Assembly (NCBI RefSeq): GCF_963506605.1
Contig: NC_083281.1
Location: 71,486,001-71,550,000, forward strand
Source: Zootoca vivipara
Taxonomy: Eukaryota
Length of the DNA: 64,000 bases
Direction of reading: 5' to 3'
Shown here piece by piece: positions 36,101 through 51,100 of this stretch. Made by a program: the position numbers and the translations under genes. Under the pieces are notes generated by a model that did no database searches, was not told where the DNA came from, and saw only the letters and a program-made list of their open reading frames with translations. The first letter of the stretch is position 1. Each line of letters starts with the position of its first letter.

Positions 36101-39100
36101 TGCCATTGTCCTGAACTGTGGACAAACCATACTTACAAGCCATGGTTTGTTGTTGATTTATAAACCTTGGCTTTACATTAATCACAGCTTAGTGTTTTGT
36201 GTGATCCCAGTCCTAGTTTTGCTACTCTGTTCTTAGTCACTTCATTCATAACTGGTGACCAACAAATCAGAAGCTCAGAAAAGCAGGTGGAGCTGGAGGA
36301 ATACCTTTTAAAGTATTCTTGGTCATATGACCTGTCTATCTCGGTGGGGGGGGGGGCTTATCCCATGGTTGCCTTGGAGTCCTCCAAACACTAATCCAAG
36401 AAGGAGCAGTCACACCAAGTATTCAGTGCTTTCTTCTTTGACAAATTGTGTGTGTGTAGATAGGATGGTGAAGGTTAGTTGCAAATCAACTTCACAACTG
36501 AGCCGCATGGCTTTGAGATATTGCTACTGATGCTGCAATAGAGGGACAGAAGAGTAGCTTGCTAGAATCGCTTGTAGATGTATTTTGTGTTGTGGGTGAG
36601 AAAGGCTGTGTTTTACTGTGTTCCAAAGCAGTGCAATGTGCCTTACTCTCCATTCTAGTCCTGTAGTGAAGTAGCTCCAGCCAGAAACACGGAGGTGCCC
36701 TGTTTCCTAGGTCATAACTAACATAACCCTGGGATGTTTTTGTCTGCTTACTTAGGCTGTAATGGTGCCGGTTCCTCCTTTAAAACAAGGCATAACTGTT
36801 TCCTTGCAGGCGGATATACAAGCAGACAGGTTTGTTTTCACCTCTAAATCTTCTATTCTTATTCCCTTAGCAAGGGGCTGAACCTATATGTAAAATAAAA
36901 ATAAACTTGCTGATTGACAATTTTAGAGCACAATTAATCTGTTTAAATGTACAGTCATACCTCAGTTTAAGTACGCCTCGGTTTGAGTACTTTCAGTTTA
37001 AGTACTCCGCGGACCTGTCTGGAACGGATAAATCCACTTTCCATTACTTTCAGTGGGAAAGTTCGCTTCAGGTTAAGTACGCTTCAGGTTAAGTACGGAC
37101 TTCCAGAACCAATTACACTCATACCTCAGGTTAAGTACACTTCAGGTTGAGTACCCCGCGGACCTGTCTGGAACAGATTAATCCACTTTCCATTATTTTC
37201 AATGGGAAATTTCACTTCAGGTTAAGTACGCTTCAGTTTAAGTACTCCACGGACCATGTGGAATGGATTAATCCACTTTCCATTACTTTCAATGGGAAAG
37301 TTCGCTTCAGGTTAAGTACGCTTCAGGTTAAGAACAGACTTCCGGAACCAATTGTGTTTGTAAACCGAGGTACCACTGTAAGTAGTTTGACTCATTTGTT
37401 CACTTTCCTGCACGGGAATAAGGCATGTCTTCTACTGGCATATTTGTGAAGATAAGATAATTATCTTATTCAAGTTTATCATGTTTTTGTATAATAAGTG
37501 TCATGTAAGGACCCCCCCCCCCAAAAAAAATCCCCAGTTCACATATATTCCACATGCAGCCAGTATTTTTATAGTCATAAGTAAAGTTTTATCAAATGAT
37601 TGTGTATTTCATTTTAGCACCTTATGTAAGGAAACTACTAAAACACAAGAACTGGAGAAAGATCTTTATGAGAAAAATATTGGTGTGAAGTAAGTTTTCT
37701 TTTATCTTCCTTTTGAACTTATACAAATACTACATAAATGGAAATGCTACCTTGAGCCTGAGTTTTTAAAAGTGTTTTTATTATAAAATGGCATAAGCTG
37801 CCATAGGCAGAAACCTCCTTCATCAGATGCTGAGTTGAAACATGAACATTTTGTTATATTAATAGGTCAGGCAAGAAGAAGCAAAGCAGATCTCCAATGT
37901 CTGCAATGTTTATAACTTTCACTCTTGTATATGGCTCATTACTTAGAGCCAGATTTAACTGAGTTGTCTCTAACTAAATTCTATCACTGAAAGTCAGGGA
38001 CTGAGGTTTGTTGTACAGTGCTAATTAATTTCAGTGAGTCTGATCTGAGTACAACTTGGTTGAATACAATTCCTCATATTTTTGCTGGTGGTAGTCATCA
38101 GTCAAAATTTGTGCTTACTAGCAGCCCTGACCCTCCCATAGAGCTGATGTAACTAAGCACTGAGGCAATCAACAGATAGAGTGTCTGCTATGGGGAATGC
38201 AGTAAATGTTTTGGGTGAAATTGACTTGGTATCTGATGGATGTTTTTAATTGCTAAAAAGATATTCAAGATACTTAGTTTATCAAATCAAAACAAGCATT
38301 ATTATTTGATACTAGCCTAGCGGTCTATTCCTTATGCTAAATATAGATTGGAGCAGCCCAGATGCAAATCCTTGCTCAGCCATGAAGCTCCCTGACTGAT
38401 TGGCCAAGGTCATCACCTCTCAGCCAGCCATGATGCCTTTGCTCTATGTCCTCAGTTGGAGGCAGTAATGCTTCCGAATATCAGTTGCATACCTGCCAAG
38501 TCCTGGACGAAAAAATCCGGGATCGGCAGCTGCACGACACCGGAAGTTGCGTAGACACAACTTCCGGTGGCGTTTTGCCCTTCTATGGGCACCAGAAAAT
38601 GGCGCCAGCGCCGGAGGTTGCTTCTACGCATGACCGGAAACACGTAAAAGCGACTTCCGGCACCAGCGCCACTATTTTCTGGTGCCCATAGAAGGGCAAA
38701 GCGCCACCGGAAGTTGCGTCTACGCATTTCCAGACATGCGGAGAAGTGACTTCTGCCGCCGGCCCCGCCATTTTCTGGTGCCCATAAAAGGGAAAAGCGG
38801 TAGCAGAAAAATGGCCGCCGGCAGGAGCGAATTTAAGGGAGAATAACGGGAGAATAACCAATACGGGAGACCGCCGGGAAACGGTAGGAAAAAAGGGGGT
38901 TTCCCAGCGAAAACGGGATACTTGGCAGCTGTGACCAGTTGCTGGAAATAACAGGAGAGGAGAGTGCTCTTATGCTCAAGTTTGGTTCCTTGATTTCACA
39001 CAGGCATTTGGTTGGCGACTGTGGGAACAGGATGCTGGACTAAACGGGCCATTGTCCTGATCCAGCAAACTATGTTAAATGCCATCCTGATTTCTTTGGG

Positions 39101-42100
39101 AGAAGGGCTGAATAAAAGTGTAATAAATAAAAGCTGTTAAGTTGGCATGTGGTGACAAACTTTTTAAAAAAGCAAACATGTATATTTTCAGGCTTCTACA
39201 ATTTTTAAATCCTTTGAAAGCTGTTGATGGACAAGATGAGACAAAGGTATTTCAATTAACTGTTGCTTTTGGCAGATCATAAACACTTTTGGACTGTTAG
39301 TGCCATTTGAATATATAAATGAGCTTTTATAATTTTGGTTTGTTTATCTAGTTTTTTGAATTGATACATGGTGTACCCACCACTTCAGAAATTGCTACAC
39401 AGTCACCTATTTCACAAAGTTCTGGATGATCTCAAAACTGTCAACTAATAATGTGCTTTCCAGATTGGAACAGGAGGACTATTTGAAAATAGGAAGCAAT
39501 TTGGGGTTATCTTAGAATTTGATAGCTGAAGATTGAATATCTTTTAGAGTCCTAATTATAGCACTGGTATTCATGAAATCTTAGTGATCCCATAAAAGGC
39601 ATAAATTGTTTTGTGCTTTTTCCTAAACAAAAAAAAATATGAAACCATTTGCAGTGAGGGAGAACATTTTAATGCAAATCATCATGTATCCTGTCTGTTG
39701 CAAGACTTGTGATTGTTACCTTTAATTTTAGAAGTTACAAGTGAATACCGGTGCATTTCGTCCTGCTGTCCTTAATAAAAAAATGGAACCATGTTCATCT
39801 CTTGAAACAGCACCACTATTTCCAACTCTGAAAAAGGTAATATTCACTATACGATATAGAAAAGCATGGATTGTGTATTTTATTTAATACTGAAAGCTCT
39901 AAATTATTTTTTGAAATTGAGCATGCTCTAAAAATAGCACTTGTTTCTATTGCCATCTTCAGCATAATAGAATCCCAGTAATTCATTGAGGTCACCACAA
40001 AGCTGAATATCAATTTTGGAAGAGGATATGGAAGACCGAGGCAGCAATCCTACACACTTAACTGGAAGAAAGTCCCATTGAACATGATGGGGCTTGCTTT
40101 TGAGTAGGGATTGTCCTGTAGGATTGCCCTGGGAGTTTCAAATTGCTGCTTTACCATGAAGCCCACTAGATAGCTATGGGCAAGCACCTTGCACTAAGCA
40201 GCCTCACAGGATGACCAAGAGGATGAAATGGTTCAAAGTGACACATTGTAATGTGTCCTAATCCCTTAGATATGGCAATTTACTATCTCTGAACAACCAA
40301 CATGAAGCTTTGCACAGCAGAGCAAGCTAGCTGTTGATACTCTGCCCACCCCGCCTTAATACATTTTATGCTGGTGGAAGTAATGCATTTTAAATACGAT
40401 GCAGCCCATACCCAGAAATTGCATTGCTTATTGATTTTTACCCATTTGTTAGCAGTAGATCTGATGAGCAACTCAAAAAGGTTTAATTGGTAATTAAGGC
40501 TACAACTGTGTGCTCATTTGCACTCAGGTGCCGCTTGTTTCAGTGGAATTTGTTTGTTAGCTTGGCAGGGAATTGTTTTCCAAGACTATAAATAGTTACA
40601 ACTGTATCTGCTTAAAACTTGGTCCTGACCATAGCTGGTGCTGCTCCAACCCCTGCCACCCCTTAATGCTGTATTGATTTCTCATATACAGAATATTCAA
40701 TAACCCAGACTGTTTGAACCACATGCTGTACAGAAATATGTAGGCTGTCATCCAGTGAATCAGTATACATCTGTAATGGGTCACCTGTGCCCATACACAG
40801 GTGGTGATCTCCACGGAGATTCTGCAGGAAGCAACTCACATTGATCCCTTGTTAACAGGAAAGCTGTGACTCTGTATATAATGTACCTGCATTTGATCAT
40901 CTCCCTAAGACCGACTCTTCTATTTTAAGCAAATACATAAATACAGTTGATGCATTTCCCCCCTTGGTAGGAACTTCTAAGGAATCAGTTCCCAGGACCT
41001 AATCATGTACAGTCTTATTCGTGGCCACCAATAGCTCGCGGATGTGATTCAGTTATTATCTCTCCTGAAAACGATCCACTGCTATATCTTCTGCCAATTA
41101 TTACGTTTTTGCAGTCAAGAAGTTGCTATGTATCACTGCCAGCTCGGAGTGGTGTAAGTAGGATATTCCGTTTATGCCCAAATGCCTTCTTTGTTGAAAC
41201 CAAGTCTTGGAACAGTGTAGGCTTGGATTAAGCAGTCAGAATGTGTGGTGCTTTCTGTGGTTGCTTTTTGGATGTGGGCTCTGCATTTGAATGTGCATCA
41301 CTTCTGAATGGGACTATGTGAGGCAACAGACATCTCAGTTTCCAACCAAATAGTTAAGTCCATTGTAACCATGTCTTAAGGAGCCGCTTAGAAATGCAGG
41401 AAATATAGGGAAGGTGGGAATGCTGTAGCCTCTGATATGAATGTCTAAGCTAACCAGTTGCCTGCCTAGATAGTTCTATCTAGAGACCCTGAGCAGTAGA
41501 TGTTTGAATGGGCTCAGCTCATCCAAAGCTAGCTGCAAGCAATAGAACATGAGATTAACTTTTTAAAAGTTGTGATAACATATTCTTCCTAAGGGATGGC
41601 TTAGAGTAAAGAGAAGGATCAAACTTTATCTGTATAAATGCCTCTAGTTTGGGGGGCAGGGGGTTGGCAGGGAGGGGGAACTAGAACCCAGCAGGCCTTC
41701 TTCAGGCATGTATATTTGGCATTAACTAAATATGTACGGGGGGGGGGGGCAATGAGAATGAGCATACTAGCTTTGTCCTGCCATTGTTCTCATTTCCCTC
41801 CATAAGCTGCAGAATGACTGACTGAAGTAGGGAGCTTCCATGAGAGCAATGGCAAAAGGTTTGTCTGGAGTCGGTGTGCTGATCCTTTATAGCAGGCTTC
41901 CTCAAACTCGGCCCTCCAGCTATTTTTGGCCTACAACTCCCATGATCCCTAGCTAGCATGACCAGGGATGATGGGAACTGTAGTCTCAAAACATCTGGAG
42001 GGCCGAGTTTGAGGAAGCCTTGCATGTTTCAATTAATAACCAATGTGCACACTTCATGAGGGTTATGTACAGCAATGTACAGCAAGCCATTTGGAGGGTT

Positions 42101-45100
42101 GAGTAAGCATGCAGCAAAGAGCAGGCCTGAATGAGAGAGAGGAGTTTTGTAGAAACAAGGCTGTTCAGAGTCTATACCACTGTGTGATTTCCCCACTCCC
42201 TTCATGGATTTTAAAAACCTTGGCTAGCTTGCATTATTTTGAGCAGTGGGTTCTCTTTTTTAAGAGATCTTCTGACTGATAAGCTTCTGATTCATGGAAG
42301 TGTTTCTGCTCTTAGTATGAATTGATGTCTTGTGTGTGTTCATAGCCAGTCGCATTAATCCTGTGCCCAAGACAGAAGAAAGCAGAACTGGTGTTTGAAT
42401 TTCTAGAAACTTACAGCCATTGTTCCAGGCCTATTCACCCAATATTGCTCTTACTGGGAATGAATAAGGAAGAAATACAGAGCACAAGAATTCCAAGAGG
42501 ATGTAAGCATATCATGATCATTAATGCTGAAAATGTGATTGAATAAATTTATCTGGATCATAAGGGAATAACAAAATAGAAAATGCAAATATGGTATAAA
42601 ATCATACAGTAACATTAACTTATTAAAGTGGTCTGTCACAAGTGTGACTAAATCATTCCTATACAGTTTCAGTGCCACAGAGCGAAAATAAAAATAATGC
42701 TTTAAATTGGCAATTCACATGAACTATAAAATCCATATTAAGACAACCAATTAACTGCAGTTTTCCAGGACATGTATACTAGGCACCTGACTTGTGTTAT
42801 GCAAAAAGAGAGAGGAGGGGAGAAGCTGAATTCATCATAGCTAATTGGATTTCACATTCTTAATTTGTACCTTGCTATGCAGATTTTTGTTCCAGTTGAT
42901 AAAGCAAGTTAGGGGGTTATTACTTTCCAATTGTCTGTAGCCCTAGAAACAGGAAGCAGCTTTTTAATACAGAATTGGTACACCTAGCTTAGTATTGTCT
43001 ACACCAGGGATCGGCAAGGTTTACCTTGCCTGGGCCAGTTCACTCCAGTGGAGATCCCTCCGTGGGCCAGATTGCGCGCTCGTGATTTCCGTTGTCTGCG
43101 TCCTGCGCAGATGCCATTTCCGGTGCCGCGGAAGCGAGCCACTGCGCTGCGCCGATTTAGCACAGCGCGCAGGGACTCACCAAACAGGCAGCTCAGTTTG
43201 GGGGCGGCTCATGGGCTGGTTAAACAACCCCCAAGAGCCGCTTGTGGCCCACTGACCTTAGGTTGCCTACCCCGGTCTACACCTACTAGCAGTGGCTCCC
43301 CAGAGTTTGATGCGAATCTTCTCAACCCACTTGGAGATGCCAGCTCTTGAACGTGGAACTTTTTGATAGCAAAACACCTACTTTGTCACTAAGCTATAGC
43401 ACTTGGTGAGTACAAATCAATTCTAGGTAACATAACAGGAAAGCTTTCATAAACAAGAGAACAGGTTCTTTTTTCCCTTGGGTCATGAATTATTAGCTAG
43501 CATGGCTGTAACTGGGTTACAGGCTAGTAGTTTTTGATGGTACTTTATGCTTTTGTTGAGATTTCAACCAAATAATGTGGCAACTTCCTTACAGGTGAGG
43601 TCCTTATAACAACCCCATATACCCTACTGAGGTTGCTTGAATATCACAGCTTACTGTTCCTCAGGCTCTGCCATCTTGTGCTTGATGAAATTGACGTGCT
43701 GTTTGCTGAAGCCAGCATAGAAGTAAGTGTGGGTTTTTGCACATAAGATAAATGTGCTAAGATAATGTGAACTCAAAGAATATTATAAAAAAGATACAAT
43801 CATAGTTGTCCCTAGCGCTGATTGTGCTCCCCCCCCCCCAAAAAATAGTAACTATACAGTAGTGCTTACATCAAATATACATTGCTAAAAAGTTCTTCCT
43901 GGTGGGCAACCAGGGATTGCCTGTGACTCAAAGACCTAGTTCCACCCAAAGCAGCTAGTTGATTAGTAAGTTAACTGTCTTCCCATCACCAATTCTGCCT
44001 GTAGTTTACCCATAGTATTACTTTTAGCAGATGGAAAAGATAATGTATATTAATTCCTGTTTTATAGATATTTAGTATTCTAGAATATTACAAAACAGCC
44101 TTGAACGTTGAAGAGAAAGAATCTGCACCTCAGCAGATCGTTGCTATCGGAAGGCACTGGAGCAAAAACATAGAACGCTTAACCAAAGAGTTCATGAATG
44201 ATCCGTATGTTGTGATCACATCCATGGAAGAAGCTGCCATATATGGCAAAGTGCAACAGGTAAAATATTAGGGGCTTTATAGCTCTCTTATATTCTGTAT
44301 TTGCTTTTGGATTGAAGACTAGGCTCTGCACAGTTTCACTAACTCTTGCAGGCACAAATTATAAGCATTGTGGCTTTTAAAATACTAAGTGGAATTTGGA
44401 GGTTGAGATTGGCTATGTACAGAACAAATCCAGTTGGTCAGACCTGTTAAGTAGCTGGAAACTTTAAGGGTTATAATAAGAGTAACTTCCTCAGTTCTGA
44501 GAATAGCATCAAGAATGGTTCCTATGAAACCTGCTGGTTTAGCTATGATGTGCAAAAATAGGAGGATAAGAACACTTATTATACATGTATGGTTTCTTGA
44601 GCAGGTTACTTGAAAGTAAGATTGAGAGGTGCTCATAATTTTTTCACAGAACAATTTCATGAATTTTCTATTCCAGAAGCGCTGATTAAACAAAAGGATA
44701 AATCAAACTATTGTGGAACCCCATCTTCATGTTAAATAGGGTTAATTCAGCATCTCCCTATAGAAAGTTGTATCCAGTGCTAGTCCTACTCAGAATAGAT
44801 CTATTGACATTAATGGGCATGACTAATCTTGGTCCATCAGTTTCAGTGGGCCTATTTAGGTAACATTGTTGGATACAAGCCATGGGTATTTTTATTCCCT
44901 AACATAAGGGGGAAGCAGAAGTGAAATACTTGGCTTTTATAAAGAGTGATTTAATTTAACCTGACACATTTGAACTACATGTGACTCTAGGTGGTGCAGC
45001 TTTGCCTTGAGTGTGACCGAATCTCTACTTTACTTCAAACATTGGACTTTACTCCTACTAATGTTCAGAAAACATTGATTTTCACCAGTTCCACAGAAGA

Positions 45101-48100
45101 AACAGATATAATTTACAAGGTATTTCCCCCTAAACTATACAGTCCAGATTGTTTAGAAAGAAAGATTGTTTAGAAAGAAAGATTCTCCTCTTTTCTATCC
45201 AGGTTAATGGATAAATACATAGCTGAATAGGCAATAAGAGGGTGTTGCAAAAGGAAATGGTTTCATTTCTTATTTTATCATTTTCAAAGCTTTGCATAAG
45301 ACATGTGAAGTGTTGTCATATGGGAATCTCAAAGCAGGAAAAGCTAGTCACTTCCAGAAAAGGACTGCTCTCCCCCCCCCCCCGGGTGAGATATACTCCA
45401 AATCTGATATCAGTAGTCTTAAGTGGCCAATTGGAGATTTTAGGCACTTGAGCAACTAATGACTTTGGACTTGCATTACTCAAAAATGCCAATATAAAAG
45501 AATTGTGGGGTGAAAACTCAGAACCCAAATATTCCTTTCTCAGCCGGGATGCAAAACCCCAGGTACTCCAGGTGACAATGTTTTGCTACATCAGCAGATA
45601 AGGGTGTTTTGTATGCAAGTCCAGCAGCAGGACTGATCACTGATTAAGGCACTGGCTGAGCTCCCACCCACATCGCTGCCACTCACTGGCCCTGGTCCTC
45701 CACAACAGGAGCCCAGATCAAACATGAGGGGCGGCAGGCAAGAGACGTTGACGGCGCCAGGACTGTCTGCCTATGGGGCTGCCTCACATGCTACACCCCT
45801 CTGTCCAGGCAGGCCCCAGGTACCTGGCCCAGGCAAAATCAAAAGCAGCAAACAGAAACAGCTGGGGTTCAAAGGGCAAAGATTGATAACAGCACCCCGA
45901 GTACCTTCACTCTCATGAATACAGCAAACAACTCTATTAAAAAAACCCTTTGCTTTTGAAGTTGTTACATTATTTTGTTTGCTAGAAATAAATATTGAAC
46001 TTGAGGGGGCAATTCAACTAGCTTGAAAATGTGGCAGAATGGTGTGCCTGTGTCAGAGAGACAGAGACAAGGAAAATAATAGGCAGGAGATGGTTGCCCA
46101 TGGCTTCTGAAACCACTGCTTGGAGTTTCAATCCTCCCCGCTTTGGCACTGTTGACAAATTATACTGATGAAATGAAAGCTTTGGCTAACTCGGATGGAT
46201 TTTTGCGTTGAAGGACTCTGCGCGCCATTGAGTTGTTCAAAATAAACCCCGTATCTCATCATTCTTTAATTTGAGATAAAAGCAACTAAGATTAAAAAAT
46301 CTATGGTGATAGAAGTTTTCTTGCACTCAAGCTCTGCTTTGTCCAAGGCATGTAATCTTAGTTTGAAGGAATTAAAAAAAAAATAGGTAGGAGTTTGGCA
46401 ACGAGATTCAAAAAATGCAGTTGCTGATAATGAGAGTTCACATGTCTGTTCAGTTGGTACCTTTTTGCAGCAGCCAGCAGGTGATAGTGGGGCTAAGAGG
46501 AAGGAGTTCAGAAGTGGAAGGGAAAGGAAAGGGGAAAGGAAAGAGGACAGGACCAAGGGGCCAGCCTTGGTTGTCTTGTGTTCTGAAACATCCCTGAAGG
46601 GAAGGACAAAAGTCCTGCTATGACTGATAAAGCCTTGCCTTGTTTGTGGAGTGTTCCCACAACAACCGAAGTCACTGTGTTGATTCCTTGCTGCAGGGGA
46701 TGAATGTTTCTTCGGGCTGCAAGGCAGTAAGGCAGGCAACAGGGAAGGCACTGCTGGGTTGAAACAGCATAAATTGGTAACACAAGCAGTGCAGCACAGT
46801 TTACAGAGGCAGCATTTTGACTGCTGCTGATAGGTACAAGATCTTACCAAGGAATTGATATGCATTCCAAATGAATTGATTTGTGTCTCCTTATTTCACA
46901 AAAGGCCATGCATTTGTTTGATACTGTATATAAATGAATATAATCATCCAGGGACACTTTAGCCTTCATTTAAGGGCTAAATGAAACTGACCCTTTAGAC
47001 AGTGATGGCCAAACTTAGCCCTCCAGCTGTTTTGGGACTACAACTCCCACCATCCCTAGCTAACAGGACCAGTGGTTAGGGATGATGGGAATTGTAGTCC
47101 CAAAACAGCTGGAGGACCAAGTTTGACCAAGTTTTAGAACGTAGAAAAAAAAGATTACTCATGACCAGGCTTTTAATTCTGAATGCAGCAGTGTTCAATT
47201 CAGTTTGTTTTTTTAAATCAGAGCATTGTTCAGTAATTATACATTTCTTTTGTAATCCACATTGTTTGAAACCATTCTCTTTTTTAATTAGGCAGTGGAG
47301 AGCACTTCAATATTTTGTTTGAAAATGCACCCAGACATCGAATTTCATTTTGATTATGTTTTAGAGCAATGGAACAAAAAATTTAGCTCTGGCACACATG
47401 TTGTACTAGGTAAATATATTGTTTTTCTCACATATGCTTACTCTAAAACCTTTGTCAGAACTATAGTGACTCAATCTCTTTCATTAAAATTTAATTAGAT
47501 GTATCATTTGCTATATTATTATTAAACTGTTCAGATAATTATTGTCTCCCAAAGAGGCTCACATAAAGAAAAAAATAAAGGGGGGTGAGTTTTGCCATCA
47601 GGTTTACAAACTACAGTGTGCAATTCTGAGCACCCCACTTCAAGAAGCTATTGACAAATGAACATGTGCAGAGGATGACTGAGGGTCTGGAAACCAATTC
47701 TTATGAGAAGGGATATAATGGTCACCATCAAATATCTGAAGGATTGTCACATGGAAGATGGAGCAAGCTTGTTTTCTGCTGCTCCAGAAAGCAGGACCTA
47801 AACCAATAGATTCAAATGATGAGAGAGGAGTTTCTGACTATACATTAGGAAGAACTTTCTGCGTGTAAGAGCTGTTTGACAGTGGAATGGACTCCCTTGA
47901 AATGTAACTAGATGGCCCTTTGGTGCCTTCCAACTCTATGATTCTATGACTTTTGAAAGTGGTTGCCTCTCCTACCCTGAAGGTTTTACACAAGTAAAAT
48001 AACCATCCGTCAGGTATTATTTAGCTGTGATTCCTGTGTTTCAGGGGGTTGGATTAGCTCACCCTTGGGGTCCCTGCCAACCCTACAATTCCATGATTCT

Positions 48101-51100
48101 ATAAAAAAAGACAAGAGACACACTTGGGAAAGGGAGTGAAAGGAGAATAGGTAGAAGAGGGAATTCATTCTTCAAGGTTAGAGCAAAGTGCTGAGCTACA
48201 AGCATTTATATGCAATTTGGACCAGGCTGGTTTCCCTTTGCCTGATCGTCTTGCTTAAATCTCTGTTTATGTCTGGCTAGCTAACGGTTTCCTGTTGAGT
48301 AGAGTAGCAGCATTGGAAAAGACTTCCGGTTTGCCGCAGTTCAACTTTGGTCGCACGTTTCTTGGGCTCCAAGAGATGCGCACTCACTGAAGGGGTGAAA
48401 CGGGGGTTGTAAGGATTCACGGCACCTCAGAAGATTCAGGAGGGCTTCCAGAACCTAGAAGGATTCGCTGTGGTGTCGGGGAGGTCTCCCAAAAGCGGAC
48501 CGTGAGGTTCGGGAAGGGGACCACGGACGCCGGTAACAGTGTTCCCTCCCTCCGGTGAGAAAGCCTGATTTCGGTGTGACCCAGCGCCTGAACTTCCACA
48601 GAATAACGACGTGTTTAGATATCCGGTTTGTGTGATTAAACTCTGAAGACTCTGAAGAGCGGCAATAATGACCTGCCAAATTAATAACTTGGCTGGAAAA
48701 ACTAACTGGAACAACTTCGTTTAGCCAAACAGTCGGGGAGCTGCACAAGTGAAAGGGGGGGTCAATCCCGAGGTATTTAGAAAATAGTACCCGAAGAAAA
48801 CCAAGGTCAGGAAAGAATTATATTTACTGGCGTTTGGCAGTGTGAGCATAGATTAAAGCAATACTGGATAAGAAACAAAGAAATTGGAGTATGGAACATC
48901 CCCTCGTAACAGAAGTTTATTGAATGTTCACCAGTGTATAGGGGAGAAAGCCGAGAAGGAGGGAAGAAATGACAAGGTTTAAAGACTTTAACACTGCTCC
49001 AAAACCCAGCATTTGTGTCTGGCGCTTAACATACCTGCCAAGTTCCTCTCTGAAAAATAAAGGATCGGACCGGAAGTAGCGCTGCTGCCATTTTGGAACT
49101 GGGCGGAACATGCTCAGAAGTGACTTTTGATGCTGCTATGCCCAGTTCCAAAATGGCCGTCGCACCAGAAGTCGTGCTGCAGCCATTTTGGAACTGGGCA
49201 GAGCAGCATCAAAAGTCGCTTCTGAGCATGCTCCGCCCAGTTCCAAAATGGCCACCGCGCCAGAATAAACCGGGGGAAAACAAAAAAAATCCATTTTTTC
49301 GGCTGGGGACAGCTGGAAAAACGGGGGTTTCCCGGGGAATACGGGAGACTTGGCAGCTATGGGCGCTTAACCAGACCCTATGTAGAAAGGAACTGTTTAA
49401 ATTTGCTGAATTTAACGTGGCAAGGTTGTTTTATGGGACCACCTGGTGAGATGAATGTGTTTGTGTGCCTACGCTGGTAGTTTCCCAAAAAAGGCTTCTT
49501 CATAGTTTTTCTTCCTAAATTGAGTGGGACTAAATATATTGAGTGGTAGTCTTTCTGAGCTAAGTATGGAGTTTGAAGATAAAGGGGTTACTTTAAAAAG
49601 AGAAATCCAAAGACGCTAAAGAGAACTTATTAGGGAAAACTGTTGAGTCACTGTTGCAAGTTGCTTCCTCTCTGGGAGCCACTGTTGTAAATTGCTCCCC
49701 CCTTCTGGGGGTGGGAATTGGATACTAACTTATGAGGAGAGAGATAAAGAGACAAAAGAGGGATAGAGAGGAAGAGACTAAGAGACAGAAAGAAGGAAAC
49801 AACATATCGGAGGAAAGATACAGTGGAACGCTGACACCTAGAGGACAAAATTGGAACTCTTCAAATTGAGACGTCTCTTTTTTGGATTACTTTTCAGTAT
49901 TCATAAATACCGCAAATAGACTTATGGGGGTATGGGAAAGATAATGGTGCTGATTGCTATATTATCGCTCTTCTTTTCTTTATCCTTTCTATTTGTTTTT
50001 ACAATCGCTTTCTTTTGTTTTTCCTTCCTGTTTAAACTCTTTGCTGGTCTGTGTTCCCCTAGGTGAAAGGTGCCTTAATTTTGTTTCAGGTTTGCTGTCT
50101 GTCCTCTTCTGTCTGTTCTCTTCTGTTAATTATTATTATTATTATTACTTTTCATTTTTTTATTCCCCTCTTCCCTCCCTTTGTTTGTTTGTTTTTGTTT
50201 GTTTGTTGGATCACTTGACTGCCCCTCTCCAGTAAGATCATTTCCTATTGCCTACTAATACTCTTCAGTGGTTAAAATCTTAAATAATAAATATTTTAAT
50301 TTTATAAGATATTTAAGTGTATAAATTAACTTGATGAGGGGGTGATTGTCAGATTATATCTACTAGGACAGTAAGAGGTGGAACAAACTGAACAATACAA
50401 TTAGTTCATTAATTCAATTTGTTAAAACAATCACTGAAGCTAAGAAACTGGGTTTGATATGTCCAATATAAATAATCTACAAATTTAGCAACAACAATTT
50501 CTGCTACCAATCCTAGCAGAAGAAGCTCAACCCCGGGCTCAGATTTGAACATGGATATGAAAGAATTAATTTTGGGATTGAAAAGAGATATCTTAGAAAT
50601 GAAGAAAGAGATGAATGAAAATGCTAGGACTACAGATCAAAAACTTGACAGGATGAGAATGAAAATTGATGAAAATGCTAAGATGGTAACAGATTTAACA
50701 GGAAAAATGAACGAGTTAGTGGTTAAAAATATGGAGATGTTAAAAACAGTACAAGAATTGAAGGACAGAACAATTAATTTGGAGTAGGGAGTGAGGAAGG
50801 TACAGAAAGAGAACAGAGAGCGGAAAGGAGAAACAGACAAAATAAAGAAAGAAATTGTAGAAATGAAAGAAACACATGTGGTAGTTTTAGATGCAATATC
50901 AATGATTGATATGCATAGAAGAGAGAAAATGTTAAGACTCAGATCAATACTGGAAGAGCCGGATGAACAGATAGACCAGAAAATAGTTTCAGAATTAGCG
51001 AAGTGCTCAAAATGGAAGAGCAAGAGATGGCACATAATATAGAGAGAATTTTTAGAATTAGATCCAGCGTTGCTAAAATGAATAATTGGCTGGGAGACTG

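Noticed and set aside
45146-45184. 17-bp tandem duplication (another at ~23325)
   Set aside because: Ordinary slippage duplications in introns.
46266-46865. 199-aa minus-strand ORF
   Set aside because: Intronic, compositionally biased, no domain or exon structure recognised.
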